Shown in pieces: positions 6,353-9,617 of a DNA stretch of 9,617 bases. Both the position numbers and the translations under genes were made by a program. The notes under the pieces were generated by a model. It worked only from the letters and a program-made list of their open reading frames with translations. It was not told where the DNA came from and did no database searches. Source of the stretch: an uncultured Gammaproteobacteria bacterium (lineage in GTDB: Bacteria; Patescibacteriota; Patescibacteriia; UBA2591; UBA6264); NCBI GenBank assembly GCA_964507075.1, contig CAZDOL010000017.1:1-9617 (forward strand). Direction: 5' to 3'. Each line of letters starts with the position of its first letter. The stretch's first letter is position 1.

Positions 6353-6415
6353 ATTGTGATCATTTGCTTGTCCCCCTCTTTATGCTTCTGGGCCAAATCC
6401 CAGGAGCTTTTGATT
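6310..6415 (+). promoter_or_regulatory. Candidate transcription attenuator: mutually exclusive antiterminator and terminator upstream of the MFS-like ORF
   Basis: Terminator: GCTTCTGGG (6384-6392) pairs with CCCAGGAGC (6399-6407), 9 bp with one G-U pair and loop CCAAAT, then TTTTGATTTT. Alternative: GGCCCAGA(T)AGC (6310-6321) pairs with GCTTCTGGGCC (6384-6394), 11 Watson-Crick bp with one bulged T. This uses the same 5' arm and so excludes the terminator. Confidence 0.4.
6384..6415 (+). terminator. Intrinsic terminator 35 nt upstream of the MFS-like start codon
   Basis: GC-rich 9-bp stem (6384-6392 / 6399-6407) with a 6-nt loop, followed immediately by TTTTGATTTT (6408-6417). Confidence 0.65.
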
Positions 6416-6449
6416 TTAACTCGTTAATAAATTAAAAGAGAGAGTCACT

Positions 6450-7334
6450 ATGATTAAGAGAATAATTACTAAATTTTTATTAGTCAGCTTGATAGCTGTT
6501 ATTTTAATAAGTTTGCACGCGACAATCTATATTATTTTTCTTGTTGAAGCAGGTTTGAATTTTAAGGAAATCAGTTTGATAAATCTCTTTTATTTGTTAA
6601 TACTCCTTGTATTAGAGACACCTGGTAAAATGATTGTTGGTATTTTGGGAAAAAAGATTTCTTTGGTTGCCTCAACAATTTTACATGGAATTGCATTAGC
6701 GCTTTACTCGTTAGCAGATAGTTTATTAGGATTTATCTCAGCTGAAGTTTTCCTTGCTACTGGTACGGTTTTAGCTTCCGGAGTCCTAAAAACTTGGTTA
6801 ACAGATTCTTTGCATCTATATCAACTAGACAAGAAATCAAAAAATATATTTTATTTAAGGGGCAAAATTATTTGTTTGATTAAATTGATAGCTGGTTTTG
6901 CTGGAACTTATTTGGGAATTAAGAGCTTATCATTACCACTTATAATTGTTAGTTTAGGATATTGGTCTTTGACCATCTTATCCTTATTGATTAGAGAAGA
7001 AATGCATTTGCAAGAAGCAAAGACAAGCAATACATATTCAATTGATCCGGAGATAATTACCCAAGAAAGCGTTGCTTATGTCTGGCAGGATGATATTATG
7101 TTCATAATTATTGCTTTAACCATAATCATAGCTCTTGGTTTCCCATCTCTTTCGCCGATTTGGTGGAAACCGTATTATTCATATTTTCTTTTTAATTGTT
7201 ATCTCTGGATACATTTATGCTTATTGATTGGCAAATATGTTTTATTTGGCAGAAAAATTACAGAATTCTGCTCTATTCAAGTTTGTCATAGCTGGAAAAT
7301 ACGCTTTCCTGGGCCCTGCAAAGTAATTGTCTAA
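6450..7334 (+). CDS. MFS-like polytopic membrane protein, C-terminally truncated relative to 12-TM transporters (possible decaying gene)
   Basis: 294 aa. About six hydrophobic helices, a charged central loop (LLIREEMHLQEAKTSNTYSIDPEIITQES), then only 1-2 further helices. The N-domain resembles MFS families carrying L..EAGLs...I(G/S)L... followed by E-x-P-(T)G...(D)..G(R/K)K (here VEAGLNFKEISLINLFYLLILLVLETPGKMIVGILGKK, with the usual T-G and D replaced) and sG..(a)W..D (SGVLKTWLTDSL). The last 60 or so residues are oddly rich in Cys and Trp. Only 89 bp remain before the smc stop, so there is no room for the missing C-domain. Confidence 0.5.
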   Translation: MIKRIITKFLLVSLIAVILISLHATIYIIFLVEAGLNFKEISLINLFYLLILLVLETPGKMIVGILGKKISLVASTILHGIALALYSLADSLLGFISAEVFLATGTVLASGVLKTWLTDSLHLYQLDKKSKNIFYLRGKIICLIKLIAGFAGTYLGIKSLSLPLIIVSLGYWSLTILSLLIREEMHLQEAKTSNTYSIDPEIITQESVAYVWQDDIMFIIIALTIIIALGFPSLSPIWWKPYYSYFLFNCYLWIHLCLLIGKYVLFGRKITEFCSIQVCHSWKIRFPGPCKVIV

Positions 7335-7365
7335 TATAACTTACCACTTAATGAGGCAACTACTC

Positions 7366-7413
7366 ATGAAAACAAAAACCCGCTCATTGGATATTAATGA
7401 GTGGGTTTGTTGT
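7366..7413. terminator. Bidirectional intrinsic terminator between the convergent MFS-like ORF and smc
   Basis: AAACCCGCTCATT (7376-7388) pairs with AATGAGTGGGTTT (7396-7408): 13 bp with one G-U pair and loop GGATATT. On the minus strand the hairpin is followed by a TTTTTGTTTT-type tail, 16 nt after the smc stop. On the plus strand it is followed by GTTGTTTAAAATTTTTT. Confidence 0.75.
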
Positions 7414-7423
7414 TTAAAATTTT

Positions 7424-9616
7424 TTATAATTGAAGAGAGAGTAGTTTAGATGTTCCATCTTCTTGCATAGTTATCCCATAAAGAATATCTGATATTTCTA
7501 TTATTTCTTGATTGTGAGTAACAACAATAAATTGGGTGTAGTTGCTGAGTTCTCTAATAATTTTAGCAAATCTTGATGAATTTTCTTGGTCTAGAGAAGC
7601 AGCTACTTCATCTAGTATAACAAAAGGAGGTTTATTGATGGATATTATAGCGGCTATTAAAGCGAGAGAGGTTAGGGCTTTTTCTCCGCCAGAGAGCATA
7701 GAAATGTTTTTTATTTTTTTGCCAGGAGGCGTAGCTAAAATATCAATATTTTTTTCTTCTTTGCCATTTTCTTGAATAATTTCTGTTAATTCTATTTTAG
7801 CGTCACCACCATTGAATATAATTTTAAAGTATCTGTTAAAGGCATGATTGATTTTGTTAAAGCTTTCTTGAAATTGACTTTTTATTTTTTGGTCTAATTC
7901 ATTGCTGATTTTATTTAATGATTTTATACTTTGCTCTAAATCAATGCTTTGTTTTTCTAAGAATTCATGGCGGTCTCTAACTTTGGGATATTCTTTCATA
8001 ACCTCTGGGTCAATTCCCCCAATTATTTCTAATTGATATTTTAATTTATTGATTTTTTCAAGGTCAGAGGCGCTAGATTGGTAAATTTTTTCTTCTTTGC
8101 TTTCAACTAATTTTTTAATTTGTGCGCTATAATTTTTTATCTCATTTTCTATCTCTTCGTCTAGTGCTTGTTCTCTTGTTTCCCAACGAGCTAATTCAAT
8201 CTTAAGCTCACTGATTTGATAATCTATTTTTCCCAATTTTATTTGTTGATGGTGTATATCTTTTTGCCAAAAAAGCATTTCTTTTTCTTTGCTATTTGTT
8301 TCTTCAGAGAATTTTTCCATTTTTTGACTAGCTTTTTGCAACCTCTCATCAATTATTTTTATTTTTTGATTTAAGATTTCTTTTTCCTTTTGTATTTTAT
8401 CTAATGATTCTTTATTAAAGGGAGATTTTTCTAACTGAGAAGAATTTTTGATTAAAAAAGAATCTAATAATTTTTTGGTTTTTTCTTGGGCTTTTTCCGC
8501 CCAAATCTTGATTTCTTCCCAGTCTTTTTCATTCTCGGCTTGTCTGATTTTTTGCCAGAGCTTTTCTTGAATTATTTTAATTTCTTGTAAGCCTTGAATA
8601 AGTTCTTCTGTTTTAGGGCCAATTTCACGATTTATTTTTATTTTTTGGTCAGTTTTTCTTTGTTCTTCTATTAATTTATCATTTAATAATGATTGTTCTG
8701 AAATATATTGATTTTTTTCTTCTAATAGTTGTTGATATTCTTGCTGGGGCCTTTGATATTCTTGACCAATTGTTTTTTTGAAGAAATTTTTCGATTTTTC
8801 TTGAACATCTTCTAATGCTTGGACAATTTGCTTGCGTTCTTGCTCTTTAGCTTTTATTTCTTTGTTTAGAGTAATATTTTTTTGACGCAGAGCTTGCCAA
8901 GAATGATGATAGTATTTTATTTGTTTTTCGTGTAATTCTTTTTCTATCTCTTGTCGTTTTTCTAATTTTTGAATTTGGCGACCAAGAGAATTGAGTAGAG
9001 GTTTAATCTCGGAGAGCACGATTGCTGTTTGCTGTAAGTTTCCTTGGCTTTTTTCTATCTTTCTTTGGGCATTGTCTTGTTTAATCTGATATTGCTTGAT
9101 GCTAGTAGCTTCATTAAAGAATCTTTGTCTTTCGCCAGAAGATAATTCTAATATTTGTTGAATTGTTCCCTGGCTAATAATGCTATAACTTTTTTGACCA
9201 AAATTGGTTTTAGCCATTAATAATAGGATATCTTGTAGACGGACACGATTTTTGTTTATGAGGTATTCGTTTTCGCCATTGCGATAGATTTTGCGGGTAA
9301 TGGTGAATTCCTTATAATCAATTGCCGCTGATTCGTCTTCATTGTTGAAAAACAAAATAACCTCAGCTGAATTGAGGTGTTTTTTTTGGGATGAGCCAGA
9401 GAAAATTATATCTTCAGATTTTTTCCCACGCAGAGCCTTAAGGCTTTGTTCGCCTAATGCCCAACGAATTGATTCTCCTAAATTTGATTTCCCAGATCCA
9501 TTAGGACCAACAATAGCAGTAATATTAAACTTTTTTTGATTGGGTTTAGCAAATTTTAGGATGGTTCTTTTAGCAAAAGATTTAAATCCAATTAGTTCTA
9601 AACGTTCAAGATACAT
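7424..9616 (-). CDS. smc: Chromosome segregation ATPase SMC, unusually short (730 aa) with no recognisable hinge domain
   Basis: N-terminal head: MYLERLELIGFKSFA, Walker A GPNGSGKSN (nt 9482-9508), ESIRWALGEQSLKALRGKKSEDIIFSGS, Q-loop IISQGTI, FFNEATSIKQYQIKQ. C-terminal head: IGGIDPEVMKEYPKVRDRHEFLEKQ, FNGGDAKIELT, signature LSGGEKALTSLAL, Walker B PPFVILDE, D-loop ASLD, H-loop FIVVTHN. The ATG at 9614-9616 matches the canonical SMC N-terminus. Stop is TAA (complement of 7424-7426). Confidence 0.9.
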   Translation of the reverse strand: MYLERLELIGFKSFAKRTILKFAKPNQKKFNITAIVGPNGSGKSNLGESIRWALGEQSLKALRGKKSEDIIFSGSSQKKHLNSAEVILFFNNEDESAAIDYKEFTITRKIYRNGENEYLINKNRVRLQDILLLMAKTNFGQKSYSIISQGTIQQILELSSGERQRFFNEATSIKQYQIKQDNAQRKIEKSQGNLQQTAIVLSEIKPLLNSLGRQIQKLEKRQEIEKELHEKQIKYYHHSWQALRQKNITLNKEIKAKEQERKQIVQALEDVQEKSKNFFKKTIGQEYQRPQQEYQQLLEEKNQYISEQSLLNDKLIEEQRKTDQKIKINREIGPKTEELIQGLQEIKIIQEKLWQKIRQAENEKDWEEIKIWAEKAQEKTKKLLDSFLIKNSSQLEKSPFNKESLDKIQKEKEILNQKIKIIDERLQKASQKMEKFSEETNSKEKEMLFWQKDIHHQQIKLGKIDYQISELKIELARWETREQALDEEIENEIKNYSAQIKKLVESKEEKIYQSSASDLEKINKLKYQLEIIGGIDPEVMKEYPKVRDRHEFLEKQSIDLEQSIKSLNKISNELDQKIKSQFQESFNKINHAFNRYFKIIFNGGDAKIELTEIIQENGKEEKNIDILATPPGKKIKNISMLSGGEKALTSLALIAAIISINKPPFVILDEVAASLDQENSSRFAKIIRELSNYTQFIVVTHNQEIIEISDILYGITMQEDGTSKLLSLQL

Positions 9617-9617
9617 A

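Noticed and set aside
6087-7423. The gap plus MFS-like ORF as an inserted mobile or accessory island
   Set aside because: There are no flanking direct or inverted repeats, no integrase or transposase fragments, no tRNA target, and no obvious compositional shift by eye. Local gene decay looks more likely than horizontal insertion.
7542-9539. Plus-strand ORFs 7542-7775 and 9342-9539 inside smc
   Set aside because: They are antisense to the most conserved SMC head regions, so they are shadow ORFs.
7424-9616. The SMC-like protein as a defence-system ATPase (Lamassu LmuB, Wadjet JetC, RecN/SbcC-like)
   Set aside because: The head domains carry condensin-type SMC-specific boxes essentially end to end (FKSFA, IRWALGEQS, NEATSIKQY, GGIDPEVMKEY, LSGGEKALTSLAL). 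No partner nuclease or kleisin-like genes lie adjacent within the window. The neighbour is a convergent membrane-protein remnant.
1-9617. Possible alternative genetic code or stop-codon bias: all eight visible stops are TAA or TAG, and none is TGA
   Set aside because: All long ORFs are intact under the standard code, so TGA is not needed as a sense codon here. Eight genes in an AT-rich genome are far too few to infer TGA avoidance or reassignment.

Overview
AT-rich, very tightly packed bacterial chromosomal segment. It reads as core housekeeping DNA from a streamlined genome; a CPR/Patescibacteria-like or similarly reduced lineage is my inference and cannot be proven from 9.6 kb. The plus-strand block, with 5-18 bp spacers, is: 5'-partial holB (1-927), a seven-blade Asp-box/BNR propeller lipoprotein (946-2001), frr (2013-2564), rseP (2571-3731) and an editing-domain-less proS (3737-4978). 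A 76-bp spacer built of period-8 tandem repeats follows, then mreB (5055-6086) with its own terminator. Next is a 363-bp gap (6087-6449), unusually long for this window. It holds promoter-like hexamers, a 51-codon single-TM ORF absent from the ORF track, a GTTGCAAA motif present three times, and a mutually exclusive antiterminator/terminator pair just upstream of a C-terminally truncated MFS-like ORF (6450-7334). A strong bidirectional hairpin terminator separates that ORF from a convergent, apparently complete SMC of only 730 aa (7424-9616, minus strand). This SMC has canonical head domains but no recognisable hinge. I saw no rRNA, tRNA, CRISPR array, transposase, integrase or IR-bounded element, and no convincing multi-gene novel system such as a defence island. 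The most unusual items are the hinge-less mini-SMC and the attenuator-like leader with its small ORF at 6135-6449. Secondary curiosities are the INS-less ProRS, the collapsed frr-rseP synteny, the Ycf48-like lipoprotein and the poly-G tracts in rseP. All homology calls come from motif recognition by eye; no searches were run.
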